Shown here in pieces: positions 10,665-20,784 of a stretch of DNA of 64,000 nt. The notes beneath the pieces were generated by a model, which saw only the letters and a list, made by a program, of their open reading frames with translations, was not told the DNA's origin and made no database searches. The stretch is taken from assembly GCF_934203365.1 (NCBI RefSeq), contig NZ_CAKPZA010000012.1. The stretch is one strand, 5' to 3'. This stretch comes from an uncultured Phascolarctobacterium sp. (GTDB lineage Bacteria; Bacillota; Negativicutes; Acidaminococcales; Acidaminococcaceae). The position numbers and the translations under genes are program-made. Position 1 is the first letter of the stretch. Every line of letters starts with the position of its first letter.

Positions 10665-11534
10665 TCACTCCTTGTAGCCAAGCTGCTTCAAGGCTTTATC
10701 CTTGTTACGCCAGTCAGCCTTAACCTTAACCCATAAATCCAAAAAGACCTTACAGTACAGCAGGTTCTCGATATCAGCACGCGCCTGTTGGCCGATTTTC
10801 TTCAGCAGGCTGCCCTTAGCACCGATAACAATGCCCTTTTGCGATTCACGCTCTACAAAAATTGTTGCTCTGATATAAACGTTTTCTTCGTCGCGCTCCT
10901 TGAATTCATCCACCTCAACCGCTACGGAATGAGGGATTTCATCACGCGTCAGGCGCAATACCTTTTCACGGATCATTTCGGCGGCAATTACGCGCTCCGG
11001 CTGGTCGGTAATCATATCCTCCGGGAAGTACGCCGGTCCCTCCGGCAGATGCTTGGTTATTTCCTGCACCAGGCCGGGGAATTCGCTGTCATTCAATGCG
11101 GAAACAGGTACAATCGCCGCAAATTTATACAGCTTGCTGTAGCCTTCCATAATTTGGAACAGCTTTTGCTTATCCGTCAGTTTGTCAATTTTATTTACTA
11201 CCAGAATTACCGGTGTTTTTACCTTCTGCAGCAGGTTCAGGATATAATCTTCGCCTGCGCCGCGTTTTTCGGTTGCATCCACTACAAAGAGGACAACGTC
11301 AACCTCCTGCAGGGTGCTTTCAGCAGTGCGCACCATGTATTCGCCCAGCTTGTGCTGCGGCTTGTGAATGCCCGGTGTATCAAGAAACATAATCTGCGCA
11401 TTATCCGTATTCATAATGCACATAATCTTGTTGCGGGTTGTCTGCGGTCTGTCGGACATGATGGCGATTTTCTCACCGATCAGACTGTTTGTCAGAGTGG
11501 ATTTGCCTACGTTCGGGCGGCCCACCATAGCCAC
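10665..11534 (-). CDS. era: GTPase Era
   Basis: [10 protein letters not shown]1 motif and DTPG G3 motif. C-terminal KH domain. The ORF track starts at GTG, but the conserved N-terminus extends upstream (see findings). Confidence 0.85.
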   Translation of the reverse strand: MAMVGRPNVGKSTLTNSLIGEKIAIMSDRPQTTRNKIMCIMNTDNAQIMFLDTPGIHKPQHKLGEYMVRTAESTLQEVDVVLFVVDATEKRGAGEDYILNLLQKVKTPVILVVNKIDKLTDKQKLFQIMEGYSKLYKFAAIVPVSALNDSEFPGLVQEITKHLPEGPAYFPEDMITDQPERVIAAEMIREKVLRLTRDEIPHSVAVEVDEFKERDEENVYIRATIFVERESQKGIVIGAKGSLLKKIGQQARADIENLLYCKVFLDLWVKVKADWRNKDKALKQLGYKE

Positions 11535-11597
11535 AAAGCCGGCATAATGTTTAGCTTCTTCGTTGTTTACCTTCTTTATCTTAATCAGCTCCTGTTA

Positions 11598-12014
11598 TTA
11601 TAATTCAAAACCATACGGCAGCAGCTCTTCTACCGTGGTAATTTTAAAGTCACCCTTCATATTTGCTAAAATCACGGTCTGGATACCAAACTCGCGCATT
11701 ACCTGTCTGCAGGCACCGCAGGGAGAAACGGGGCCGGAGGTATCTGCAACTACGCACAGCTCTACCATCTCGCGCTCACCGGCGCAGGCAGCGTGGAAAA
11801 TAGCGTTACGCTCACCGCAGACACAAAGTCCGTAGGAAGCGTTTTCCACATTACAGCCACCGTAGATTTTTCCGTTGGCACAGCGTACTGCTGCACCTAC
11901 AGCAAAGTTGGAATAAGGAATGTACGCATTCTTACGGGCAGCAACTGCTGCATCGTACAATTCGCGCCAAGCCGGGGATAATTCATTCAGTTTTACGTCT
12001 TTCATGGAAAGCAC
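11598..12014 (-). CDS. cdd: Cytidine deaminase
   Basis: 138 aa. CVCGERNAI and PCGACRQ zinc-binding motifs. Confidence 0.85.
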   Translation of the reverse strand: MLSMKDVKLNELSPAWRELYDAAVAARKNAYIPYSNFAVGAAVRCANGKIYGGCNVENASYGLCVCGERNAIFHAACAGEREMVELCVVADTSGPVSPCGACRQVMREFGIQTVILANMKGDFKITTVEELLPYGFEL

Positions 12015-12061
12015 CTCCTATGATTTTTACAGGTTAGTTATTAATTATTGAGCATTATGCA

Positions 12062-12568
12062 TCAATGAATACCAGTGGGATGGTCAAAATATTCTTCGGA
12101 AAGGTTAATCGCACGCAGAGCTTCCTCCTCTTTCGCACGCATTTCAGCCTTATCCTCTTCCGTCATATGGTCATAGCCCAACAGATGGAACATGCCATGC
12201 ACTGCCAGATACGTCATTTCACGCTCCAGGCCGTGGCCGTATTCCTCTGCCTGACGCAGAGCGGTTTCCGCCGAAATGATGATATCACCGAAAAGATGCT
12301 CCTCCGGTCCGCCAATCAGCTCCGGCTCATCTTCATCCTCGCAGTCCTCATCCAGCGCAAAACTCAAAACGTCGGTAGGCTTATCCATACCGCGATACTC
12401 ACGGTTCAGCGCATGGATTTCCTCATCGTCGACAATAGTTACATCAACTTCGGACTCCTCCGGCAGCTCATTCAAGCGTGCTACTGCCTGCAAGCCCTCC
12501 TGCAGACGCTCCAGCACCTGCGCGGAAAGCTCTAGCTTCTGCTGGTCGTTTTCCAAATTAATTATCAT
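12062..12568 (-). CDS. ybeY: Endoribonuclease YbeY (rRNA maturation factor)
   Basis: Conserved HGMFHLLGYDH metal-binding motif. I moved the start to the internal Met (MIINLEN), because the longer ORF overlaps the end of phoH. Confidence 0.8.
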   Translation of the reverse strand: MIINLENDQQKLELSAQVLERLQEGLQAVARLNELPEESEVDVTIVDDEEIHALNREYRGMDKPTDVLSFALDEDCEDEDEPELIGGPEEHLFGDIIISAETALRQAEEYGHGLEREMTYLAVHGMFHLLGYDHMTEEDKAEMRAKEEEALRAINLSEEYFDHPTGIH

Positions 12569-13565
12569 GCTTTTTTTCTCCGTTATATTTTTCTTTTTGT
12601 TTTTCAAAGCGTTCGTAAGCCTTGATAATCGAACCGACGATTTCGTGGCGCACAACATCCTGCTCACTGAACTTAATCACGCCTATTCCCGGTACGTTGC
12701 CCAGAATACGCGCTGCATCCTTCAGGCCGCTGTTTTTGCCGCCCGGCAAATCTATCTGCGTGATATCGCCGGTAATAACCATCTTACTGCCAAAGCCGAA
12801 ACGCGTCAGGAACATTTTCATCTGCTCCGGCGTAGTGTTCTGCGCCTCATCCAAAATGATGAAGGCGTCATTCAGCGTGCGTCCGCGCATGTAGGCCAGC
12901 GGTGCAACCTCAATCGTACCCTTGGTAAGATACTTTTGGAAGGTTTCCGTGCCCAGCATATCATACAGGCCGTCATAAAGCGGTCGCAGATACGGGTCTA
13001 CCTTATCCTGCATATCGCCCGGCAAAAAGCCAAGCTTTTCACCTGCTTCTACCGCAGGACGCGTCAGGATAATGCGCTCCACCTCTTTTTTCTTCAGCGC
13101 CGCTACTGCCAACGCTACTGCCAGGTAAGTTTTGCCTGTGCCTGCAGGTCCGATGCCCAAGGTTATATAGTTATGACGGATAGTTTCCACATACTGCCAC
13201 TGTCCCAGGGTTTTAGCCTTTACCTGACGGCCGCGATTATTGACAATAATCGTATCAGCGTACATACGGTGCAGGCTTTCCAAATTTCCTGCCTTCACCA
13301 TATACATGCTGTAACGCACATCATGCGTTGTCAGCGGCAATCCCTGACGGTACAAAAACAGAAGCTCCTGCAGCAGCTGTTCCAACAGTGCCACCTCTTC
13401 AGTGCATCCGCTCATGGTAATCTGATTGCCGCGCGCTACAATTGTACAGTCAAAAGCTCCACGGATTAAACGCAGAAATTCATCGTTACGTCCGCAAATG
13501 CCAACCATTTCCTGCTGGTCAACAGTTTCGAGTATACCTTGCATTTTTTCTTCTTCACTAGCCAA
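12558..13565 (-). CDS. phoH: PhoH-like ATPase
   Basis: Walker A GPAGTGKT. 335 aa. Conserved phoH–ybeY neighbourhood. Confidence 0.85.
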   Translation of the reverse strand: MASEEEKMQGILETVDQQEMVGICGRNDEFLRLIRGAFDCTIVARGNQITMSGCTEEVALLEQLLQELLFLYRQGLPLTTHDVRYSMYMVKAGNLESLHRMYADTIIVNNRGRQVKAKTLGQWQYVETIRHNYITLGIGPAGTGKTYLAVALAVAALKKKEVERIILTRPAVEAGEKLGFLPGDMQDKVDPYLRPLYDGLYDMLGTETFQKYLTKGTIEVAPLAYMRGRTLNDAFIILDEAQNTTPEQMKMFLTRFGFGSKMVITGDITQIDLPGGKNSGLKDAARILGNVPGIGVIKFSEQDVVRHEIVGSIIKAYERFEKQKEKYNGEKKHDN

Positions 13566-13597
13566 GCAATTTCCTCCTACCTGTTTTAAAAGGGGTG

Positions 13598-14158
13598 TTA
13601 ACGTTTTTCTATCGTAACCTTCTTAATGATTACAGGCTCCAACGGTTTATCATTGGAATCTGTTGCTGTTTTGCCGATTTTATAAACAACATCCATGCCC
13701 TTGCTTACCTTGCCGAAAACAGCGTGCTTGCCGTCAAGCCATTTGCATTCACGCAGGGTGATAAAGAACTGGCTGCCGCCGGTATTCGGACCGCGGTTTG
13801 CCATGGAGATGACACCGGGGCCGTCATGCAGCAGCTTACTGCTGAACTCATCCTTAATAGTGTAGCCGGGACCACCGGTACCGTTGCCGGCAGGGTCACC
13901 GCCCTGAATCATAAAGTTATCGATTACACGGTGGAAAACTAGACCGTTATAAAAGCCCTTTTCTGCCAGCGTAATAAAATTCTTCGACGTTTCCGGTGCA
14001 TAATCTGTTGCCAGCTTCACCTCAAAATCGCCCATGCTCGTGTTGAAAACCGCCGTCGCAGGCTCTGCCTTCGGCGCCTGCTCCTGCTTTTCCTGACCGC
14101 AGGCTGTAAGTCCCAACGCACACACCAGCATCAGGCAGATTATTAACAATTTCTTCAT
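13598..14158 (-). CDS. Cyclophilin-type peptidyl-prolyl cis-trans isomerase, lipoprotein
   Basis: Signal peptide plus LTACG lipobox. Cyclophilin motifs FHRVI, MIQGGD and GSQFFIT. Confidence 0.85.
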   Translation of the reverse strand: MKKLLIICLMLVCALGLTACGQEKQEQAPKAEPATAVFNTSMGDFEVKLATDYAPETSKNFITLAEKGFYNGLVFHRVIDNFMIQGGDPAGNGTGGPGYTIKDEFSSKLLHDGPGVISMANRGPNTGGSQFFITLRECKWLDGKHAVFGKVSKGMDVVYKIGKTATDSNDKPLEPVIIKKVTIEKR

Positions 14159-14208
14159 GCTCTTTCCTCCCATAGAAAAGGATATAATTCCTCAAGTATA
14201 TTATACAA

Positions 14209-14961
14209 CTAACAAGCGCCGCATTTCAAGCGTTTGCCCAGCCAATCGCTCAGCAGCGCGCCTGCTTCGTCACTGTATTCCGTAAAGCTGTGGTCACCGC
14301 CTGCAAAGATATGCAGCTCTGCTGCCTCACCGATGGCTGCAGCGTTACGCTGCGCCTGCTCCGCCAGCACCACCTCATCCGCACTGCAGTGCAGCAAAAG
14401 TACAGGCAAGGGCTGTGCTTTTTGCAGCAACGCCGGCAAATCGTATTGGTCAAAGTCCGTCAGAAAATCCGGTGTCAAATCGCATTCGCCGCGCTCATCA
14501 TTAAAGTGCAGCGTTTCGCCGCTGTCCAGACGACGATATTCGTCCTCTGTCATCACATAGCGAAAGGTAAAGCGCAGATTATTCGGCGTTGCCCACAGAA
14601 TCAGGCCGGCAAGAGCACCGTCCTGCGCCGCAGTGATGATAGAGGCGGCACCGCCAAGGCTGCGTCCCAAAAGAAACAGCTTACAGCCCGGCTGTCTGCG
14701 GCGTACCTCTGCCAGTACGGCGCGCAGCTCCTCCACCTGACGCGAAATTATCTGCGTACCCGTAAAGTTAAAGCGCACTACGGCAGCATGCGCAGCAGCC
14801 TGTTGCGCCACGCCTACAGCACGTCCGCCGCTGTCGCGGCTGCCACGGAAGCCGTGCGCCATAACAAGAACGGCATTATTATCACTGCGGTTAGGCTCAA
14901 CAAGGCATTCAATCTCGCCTAAAGGTCCCTGAAAAGTAAATGTATCTTTAAGCATCTTCAC
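14209..14961 (-). CDS. Alpha/beta-hydrolase family protein
   Basis: GRSLGG nucleophile elbow. ~250 aa. Ends with a TAG stop. Confidence 0.6.
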   Translation of the reverse strand: MKMLKDTFTFQGPLGEIECLVEPNRSDNNAVLVMAHGFRGSRDSGGRAVGVAQQAAAHAAVVRFNFTGTQIISRQVEELRAVLAEVRRRQPGCKLFLLGRSLGGAASIITAAQDGALAGLILWATPNNLRFTFRYVMTEDEYRRLDSGETLHFNDERGECDLTPDFLTDFDQYDLPALLQKAQPLPVLLLHCSADEVVLAEQAQRNAAAIGEAAELHIFAGGDHSFTEYSDEAGALLSDWLGKRLKCGAC

Positions 14962-15077
14962 TCACTCTTTTCGTATTTTTTAGCGTTACAAGAAGTATTT
15001 ATTAACGCATTTTCTTATCGGTCTTTCTATAGCTTCTAAGTACACGTTTAACCATAAACTCTACGCACGCTCAGTAC

Positions 15078-15905
15078 TTACGCATTTTTCCCGGCTGACA
15101 TTCTGTACAGGCACACACCCATGCGCCCTGTTTTGCCCTGCTCTGCACGGTAGGAGCAGAACATTTCATGGTTATGCTCCGTGCAGATACCGGCAGTAAG
15201 AATATTTTCCGCCTTTAATCCTGCGTCTAGCAGCACCTGACGGTTATACCCCCACAAATCCAGCAGATACTTGCCGGGCTTTTCTGCTCTGGGCGCAAAG
15301 AACTGCTCGTAGCCTGCTGCCTTACTGCGCACAAAATCGTCCACCTCATAGCAGCATTGGCCGATAGACGGACCAATCGCTGCAACGATATCTGCGGGAC
15401 GGGAGCCAAAGGATTGCTGCATAGCTTCCACAGTTTTGCGCCCTATCTGAGCCACCGTACCGCGCCAGCCTGCGTGCGCCACAGCGCACACGCCTTGGCG
15501 CTCGTCGGCAAAAAGCAACGGCACGCAGTCTGCGAAGAACAGCAGCAGCGGCACGTTTGCCAAATTTGTAACCAGTGCATCCGTATCCTTAATTGTATCG
15601 GCAAGTGCTGTCGCACCGGCGCCAACCAAGGCTTCATCTACCACCGCAACATTGCTGCCATGCACCTGCTCGCAGGTGGTAAATTTCGACGCATCCAAGC
15701 CTAAAGCCTGTGCAAACAGGCGACGGTTTTGCAATACCAGCTCTGCATCGTCACCCACATGCAAAGCCAGGTTCAAAGTCCCCGGCACCAAGGAGCTTTC
15801 CCCATGCAGCCGGCAGTTGCAGGCATTGCCGAAGCCCGCCTGCGTCAAACGAGGGAACATTCCCCACCAGATATTATTTTTTTGCGTAATGATAAAATCC
15901 TGCAT
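15078..15905 (-). CDS. pgeF: PgeF/YfiH (DUF152, LACC1-family) purine-nucleoside/peptidoglycan-editing enzyme
   Basis: DUF152-like His/Cys pattern. I moved the start to MQDFIITQ. Confidence 0.7.
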   Translation of the reverse strand: MQDFIITQKNNIWWGMFPRLTQAGFGNACNCRLHGESSLVPGTLNLALHVGDDAELVLQNRRLFAQALGLDASKFTTCEQVHGSNVAVVDEALVGAGATALADTIKDTDALVTNLANVPLLLFFADCVPLLFADERQGVCAVAHAGWRGTVAQIGRKTVEAMQQSFGSRPADIVAAIGPSIGQCCYEVDDFVRSKAAGYEQFFAPRAEKPGKYLLDLWGYNRQVLLDAGLKAENILTAGICTEHNHEMFCSYRAEQGKTGRMGVCLYRMSAGKNA

Positions 15906-15990
15906 CAAAACCGCTCCTTTTATCTCTAATACCAAAAGAGACGGCTAATGCCGTCTCCCTTTGCAAGTGCCTACGGCACTTTTTTGCTAT

Positions 15991-16251
15991 TTACTTTTGA
16001 TATGCTGGCACACCTTCCGGTATATCCAGCACTACGGTGATAATCACCGTGCTGTCGGTAGCCTTGGCTGCAGTGTCCATAAACACAACCTTGGCACCAT
16101 TATCCAAATAATAATTAACCTCTTTCACAGCTCCGTTATTATTGTTGGAAAACGTAAAGAGTCTTTCCTTAGCCAGCGCAGAGCCACTGAAGCCTGCAAC
16201 CAGCATAAGAGCCGTTAAAGTAAGCAGTAAATACTTTTTCATATTCCGCAC
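15991..16251 (-). CDS. Small secreted protein of unknown function
   Basis: 86 aa. N-terminal signal peptide (MKKYLLLTLTALMLVAGFSGSALA). Confidence 0.4.
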   Translation of the reverse strand: MRNMKKYLLLTLTALMLVAGFSGSALAKERLFTFSNNNNGAVKEVNYYLDNGAKVVFMDTAAKATDSTVIITVVLDIPEGVPAYQK

Positions 16252-16253
16252 CT

Positions 16254-16721
16254 CTATTTTGCGTCTTTAGATTTTTGCATGATGCGTTCCAGCTCCTGCA
16301 TAAAATTGCGCACGTCGGCAAACTGACGATATACGGAAGCAAAGCGTACATAAGCAATCTGATCTGTCTGCTCCAGATACTTCATAACCAGCTCACCGAT
16401 CTGGGCGCTGGGAATTTCCGCATCCGCACTCATCCGCAACTCACGCTCGATGCTGTCGGCAATCTCTTTAATCTTTTCATAAGGAACCGGGCGTTTTTCA
16501 CAAGCCTTCAAAAGACCTGCCAGCAGCTTTTTACCGTCAAAAAGCTCGCGACGGCCATCCTTCTTGCTGACAACAAGCGGTGTTTCCTCATATTTTTCAT
16601 ATGTAGTAAAGCGTTTGCCGCAATTAGGGCATTCACGTCTGCGACGGATAGAACAGCCTTCCTCTACAGCACGGCTGTCGATAACACGGCTGTCTCGGTG
16701 GGAGCAAAACGGGCACTTCAT
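16254..16721 (-). CDS. nrdR: Transcriptional repressor NrdR
   Basis: N-terminal CPFC...CPNC zinc ribbon plus ATP-cone. 155 aa. Confidence 0.85.
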   Translation of the reverse strand: MKCPFCSHRDSRVIDSRAVEEGCSIRRRRECPNCGKRFTTYEKYEETPLVVSKKDGRRELFDGKKLLAGLLKACEKRPVPYEKIKEIADSIERELRMSADAEIPSAQIGELVMKYLEQTDQIAYVRFASVYRQFADVRNFMQELERIMQKSKDAK

Positions 16722-16740
16722 ATTACTGCCTTCCTTTCAA

Positions 16741-17811
16741 TCAGTGACGCAGCCATGGCGGAATTTCATTCGGATCGGAGAAATTCTTGATAACACCGCT
16801 AGTGTTGCGGTTGATAGATGCCGGACCGCCAACTGTATTTTTGGTAACAGGAGATTTTTTCTCAAAGCCTGTTGCGATAACCGTAACACGGATTTCGTCA
16901 TTGAGGCTTTCATCAATAACAGCGCCGAAGATAACCACTGCATTGGGATCAGCTGCTTCATTAACAATATTGGCAGCTTCGTTAACGTCAAACAGGGACA
17001 GCTCCTTGCCGCCGATAACGTTAATCAGTACACCGCGGGCACCGTCGATAGATGCCTCCAGCAACGGGCTCTTGATAGCAGCTTCGGCTGCAGCCTTGCC
17101 GCCGCCTTCGCCCTTAGCGGTACCAACGCCCATCAGAGCGCTGCCTGCATTGGACATAACAGTCTTGACATCGGCGAAGTCAACGTTAATCAGACCGGGA
17201 ACAGCAATCAGGTTGGAAATACCCTGAACGCCCTGACGCAATACGTCATCGGCCTTTTTGAATGCTTCCAGCATGGAAGTACGTTTTTCGATAATCTGCA
17301 GCAAACGGTCGTTAGGAATAGTTACCAGGGTATCAACCTTTTCCTTCAGGTTGACAATACCTGCCTCAGCCTGCTTCATGCGGCGAGGACCCTCAAAGCC
17401 AAAGGGTTTGGTTACAACGCCGACAGTCAGCGCACCGATTTCTTTGGCACATTCCGCAACAACGTGTGCAGCACCGGTACCGGTACCGCCGCCCATACCT
17501 GCGGTAACAAATACCATATCTGCACCCTTCAGGGACTCCAGAATCTGGTCACGGGATTCTTCGGCAGCTTTTTCGCCGATTTCGGGATTTGCGCCTGCAC
17601 CCAGACCTTTAGTCAGCTTTTCGCCGATTTGGATGCGTTTTTCTGCTTTGGAAAGCATCAGGCACTGCTTATCGCAGTTCACTGCAATGAATTCTACGCC
17701 GCTTACGCCGGCGTCAATCATACGGTTTACGGCGTTATTGCCGCCACCGCCGACACCAATTACTTTAATATTGGCCAACGGTTCAAAGGTTGTCTCTACG
17801 TCATCAAACAT
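16741..17811 (-). CDS. ftsZ: Cell division protein FtsZ
   Basis: GGGTGTG tubulin signature. 356 aa. Confidence 0.95.
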   Translation of the reverse strand: MFDDVETTFEPLANIKVIGVGGGGNNAVNRMIDAGVSGVEFIAVNCDKQCLMLSKAEKRIQIGEKLTKGLGAGANPEIGEKAAEESRDQILESLKGADMVFVTAGMGGGTGTGAAHVVAECAKEIGALTVGVVTKPFGFEGPRRMKQAEAGIVNLKEKVDTLVTIPNDRLLQIIEKRTSMLEAFKKADDVLRQGVQGISNLIAVPGLINVDFADVKTVMSNAGSALMGVGTAKGEGGGKAAAEAAIKSPLLEASIDGARGVLINVIGGKELSLFDVNEAANIVNEAADPNAVVIFGAVIDESLNDEIRVTVIATGFEKKSPVTKNTVGGPASINRNTSGVIKNFSDPNEIPPWLRH

Positions 17812-17935
17812 ATTCTACGTCCCCCTTAGCTTTGGGTAGCTTATTTATAAAATAATCATTTTTATATTGTTCAACATGAAAGTGCTATTTTCCTGCTTAT
17901 TGATGAATTTTTTTCTTCATCTTCCTGCAGGACAC

Positions 17936-18268
17936 TTATTTGCCCATATAAAGGCGACGGATAATTCCCAGATTCTGGAAAATACGCATACCGAAAATCA
18001 GTACCGCTACCAGATACAAATCGATACCGATCAGATTACCTGCATAGCACAAAAAGGCAGCTAAAATACCGTTGATAAAGAATCCGGAAATGAAAACCTG
18101 AGTATCATAATTGCCTTCAAGCGAAGCACGTACACCGCCAAGCACTGCATCCATACCGGCCATAACGGCTACGGCAAGCAGGCGTGCGTATTCAGGCGGC
18201 ACTCTGAAAGGACAGTAAACACCGAGTATAAGGCCAAGCACAAGGCCGGCAAATGCAAATCCAATCAT
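17936..18268 (-). CDS. sbp: Small basic protein Sbp / DUF1290 membrane protein
   Basis: 110 aa, hydrophobic. In Bacillus this gene sits in the divIB–ftsZ region; the order is from memory, not recomputed. Confidence 0.55.
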   Translation of the reverse strand: MIGFAFAGLVLGLILGVYCPFRVPPEYARLLAVAVMAGMDAVLGGVRASLEGNYDTQVFISGFFINGILAAFLCYAGNLIGIDLYLVAVLIFGMRIFQNLGIIRRLYMGK

Positions 18269-18963
18269 TTCGCAGCCTCCTTGCTTTCCACTATCTTAGC
18301 GTATTCAAAGCTGCGCGGTGCCTTCAGCGCCGGAATATGCAGCTTTTCAACAGTCTTGATTTTTACCTGAATGCCCCAGAACTCAAAGGTTTCTACAACA
18401 CCGCCACGCAGACGCAGGGCACTGCTCAGAGTTTTAGGAGCGCCTATAGCCTTGATTACATAAGGCGGAGCGCTGCGGACATTGTTTACCGAAATAGTAG
18501 GTCCGGCACAACGAATCTCGCTCATAGCCACAATACGCTGATCGTTGACAGAAATTGCTTCCGCACCGGCAGCGCGCAGCTCGTTGAGCACACGCAGCAA
18601 ATCTTCATCATGAATAATGTACAAATTAGGATTTTCACCGGACTTTTTGGCAATATTGCTGTCATCCAGCAAAATCTCAATGCCTTCGCCCTCTACGTCA
18701 GTCGTGCCTGCCATCAGCTTCATACGGTCATCAGCAGGATCCTTGCCAGCACCTGCACGCAAGGTTTCCAGCTCCGTCAACAGCTGCTTGTTCTCGGCTT
18801 CCATAATCTTCAGGCGTTCCGACAAATCCTCTACGCGGTCCATACGTACATTGCGCTGAAGCTCTGTAGTTTTATACTGTACCGAAAGCATAAATCCCAA
18901 CACCATGAATACCACGGCAATCAACAGCTTGCCCTTTAAATCCATAGTAAAAATTTCTTTCAT
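18265..18963 (-). CDS. DUF881 (YlxW/YlxX-like) division-associated membrane protein
   Basis: N-terminal TM, coiled coil, DUF881-like C-terminal domain. 4-nt overlap with sbp. Confidence 0.6.
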   Translation of the reverse strand: MKEIFTMDLKGKLLIAVVFMVLGFMLSVQYKTTELQRNVRMDRVEDLSERLKIMEAENKQLLTELETLRAGAGKDPADDRMKLMAGTTDVEGEGIEILLDDSNIAKKSGENPNLYIIHDEDLLRVLNELRAAGAEAISVNDQRIVAMSEIRCAGPTISVNNVRSAPPYVIKAIGAPKTLSSALRLRGGVVETFEFWGIQVKIKTVEKLHIPALKAPRSFEYAKIVESKEAAK

Positions 18964-19026
18964 TATCTCACCCTCACTGTGACATCAGCTGCAATGACTT
19001 TGCAGCTGTAACAAGTTAACAGCAAT

Positions 19027-19803
19027 TTATTTTGGCAAAAGCTTGATATATGGCTTACCGAAGGTCAAATCAATATATTCAGCCTTAATATTTTTATCTT
19101 TAATCTCGTTGAACACAGTCATAAACACAGAAGCCTTCTGTGATACCTCCTGTACCCTGCCCAAACGCACCGGAAAGCTGCCGCTCAGCTGCAGCTTGAC
19201 ATCCTGCTTATCATCAACGGCAATTTCACCGATACGCTGCAGTGCTTCCGGCGTCAGCTGCTGCAAAAATTGCAGAATCTGCAGCACACCCGTATTGGCA
19301 ACCTTATCTCCCAGATAAAGATTACCGCACTTTATTCCGGCCAGCACAGGGGCCTTGGCATCCGGAATAGTAGTCGTCACACTAAGAACAACACCGTTAT
19401 AATCCACCTTCAGATAGCTGTGATAGGAATTGGCAACATAAAGCGCCGGCTGCCGTTCCTCTACGCTCACCTGCAAGGTTGCCGGAAAGCGGTAAGCCAC
19501 CTCTGCATTCTTAAAGCGGACATCATGCAGCAAAGCATCACGCAGACGGCCGGAGCTGGCATTGAAAAGATTCAACGGTCCCTGCCCGCAGCCTGCAAGC
19601 GAGATAACCTCTGCCTCCGTCAGCTGACTGCTTCCGTGAATGCTGACATTGCCAAAGGCAAACGCAGGATTATGCACATAGCGCCAGGCATATGTACATG
19701 TTACAGCAAGTACAGCCGTGGATACCAGTAGGCGCACCATGTGCCAGAATTTCCGGCGTCTGCGTCTGCGCAGTTGTTCGCGTATAGTCTGCGATGAATC
19801 CAT
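19027..19803 (-). CDS. ftsQ: Cell division protein FtsQ/DivIB
   Basis: Basic N-terminus, single TM, POTRA-like domain. Located after ddl. Confidence 0.7.
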   Translation of the reverse strand: MDSSQTIREQLRRRRRRKFWHMVRLLVSTAVLAVTCTYAWRYVHNPAFAFGNVSIHGSSQLTEAEVISLAGCGQGPLNLFNASSGRLRDALLHDVRFKNAEVAYRFPATLQVSVEERQPALYVANSYHSYLKVDYNGVVLSVTTTIPDAKAPVLAGIKCGNLYLGDKVANTGVLQILQFLQQLTPEALQRIGEIAVDDKQDVKLQLSGSFPVRLGRVQEVSQKASVFMTVFNEIKDKNIKAEYIDLTFGKPYIKLLPK

Positions 19804-19836
19804 GCTGCACCTCCTTTGGCTCCTTGTAAAACGTTT

Positions 19837-20784
19837 TTATTTAGCGCTCAGTAAAATTTTCTCGCACAGCTCCGGGAAGCTGATGCCCACAGCAGCAGCA
19901 GCCTTCGGAACCAGGCTGGTTGCCGTCATGCCGGGAACAGTATTTGCTTCCAGTACATAAGCAACGCCATCCTCATCACCCAGCATAGCATCTACACGCG
20001 CTACACCGGAAAGTCCCAGCAGCTTGTAGGTTTCTACGGCAATTTTTTGGATATAAGCAGTAGTTTTCTCATCAAACGGTGCCGGGCAGTGGTAATCCGT
20101 AGCACCCTTGGTGTATTTGGAATGGAAGTCGTAGGCGCCGGAATGCGGTGCAATCCAGATAACCGGCAACGGTTTGGGCTCGCCGTTCTCTTCCATAATA
20201 GAAATTGTCAGCTCCTTGCCCTTGATGCACTTTTCTGCCAACACATTTTCGGAATACTTGAAGGCTTCCTCCAGTGCAGGCACAACCTCTTGTGCAGTCT
20301 TGGGAATTACCACGCCGATGCTGGAGCCCTGAGTTGCTGCCTTAATAACTACGGGCAGACCGAACTCGGAAATAATTTTTTCTGCCAACGCCTGCAAATC
20401 ACCTGCATCACGCTTGTTGATAATCATGCAAGGTGCGGTAGGAATGCCTGCAGACTGCAGATAACGCTTTGTAGCGGATTTATCCATAGAAACAGCGCTT
20501 GCCAGTACGCCGCAGCCGGTATAAGGAATACCTGCTGCCTCCAGAATACTCTGCAAACGGCCATCCTCACCGTACATACCATGAACGGCGTTAAATACTA
20601 CCCTAGCGTTCATATCACGCAGCTCGTTAATCAGATTAGACGGATTCAGCTCAACTTCCTTGGCATTATAGCCCTTTTCGCGCAGTGCGTTGGCAATAGC
20701 GCCGCCGGTAACACGCGAAATCTCGGCCTCAGAGGAAGGCCCGCCTAAAACAACAGCAACAACATCCTGCTTATTAATCTGCAT
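19837..20784 (-). CDS. ddl: D-alanine--D-alanine ligase
   Basis: ATP-grasp with Ddl motifs. 315 aa. Confidence 0.9.
   Translation of the reverse strand: MQINKQDVVAVVLGGPSSEAEISRVTGGAIANALREKGYNAKEVELNPSNLINELRDMNARVVFNAVHGMYGEDGRLQSILEAAGIPYTGCGVLASAVSMDKSATKRYLQSAGIPTAPCMIINKRDAGDLQALAEKIISEFGLPVVIKAATQGSSIGVVIPKTAQEVVPALEEAFKYSENVLAEKCIKGKELTISIMEENGEPKPLPVIWIAPHSGAYDFHSKYTKGATDYHCPAPFDEKTTAYIQKIAVETYKLLGLSGVARVDAMLGDEDGVAYVLEANTVPGMTATSLVPKAAAAVGISFPELCEKILLSAK

Noticed and set aside
9669-10736. 355-aa plus-strand ORF across corC/era junction
   Set aside because: Antisense to two well-supported genes (CBS-CorC protein, Era). No motifs.
12276-13469. 397-aa plus-strand ORF with a long serine run
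   Set aside because: Antisense to phoH, which has a Walker A motif. Low-complexity shadow.
16564-17829. 421-aa plus-strand ORF
   Set aside because: Antisense to ftsZ. Artefact of Gly-rich codons on the other strand.
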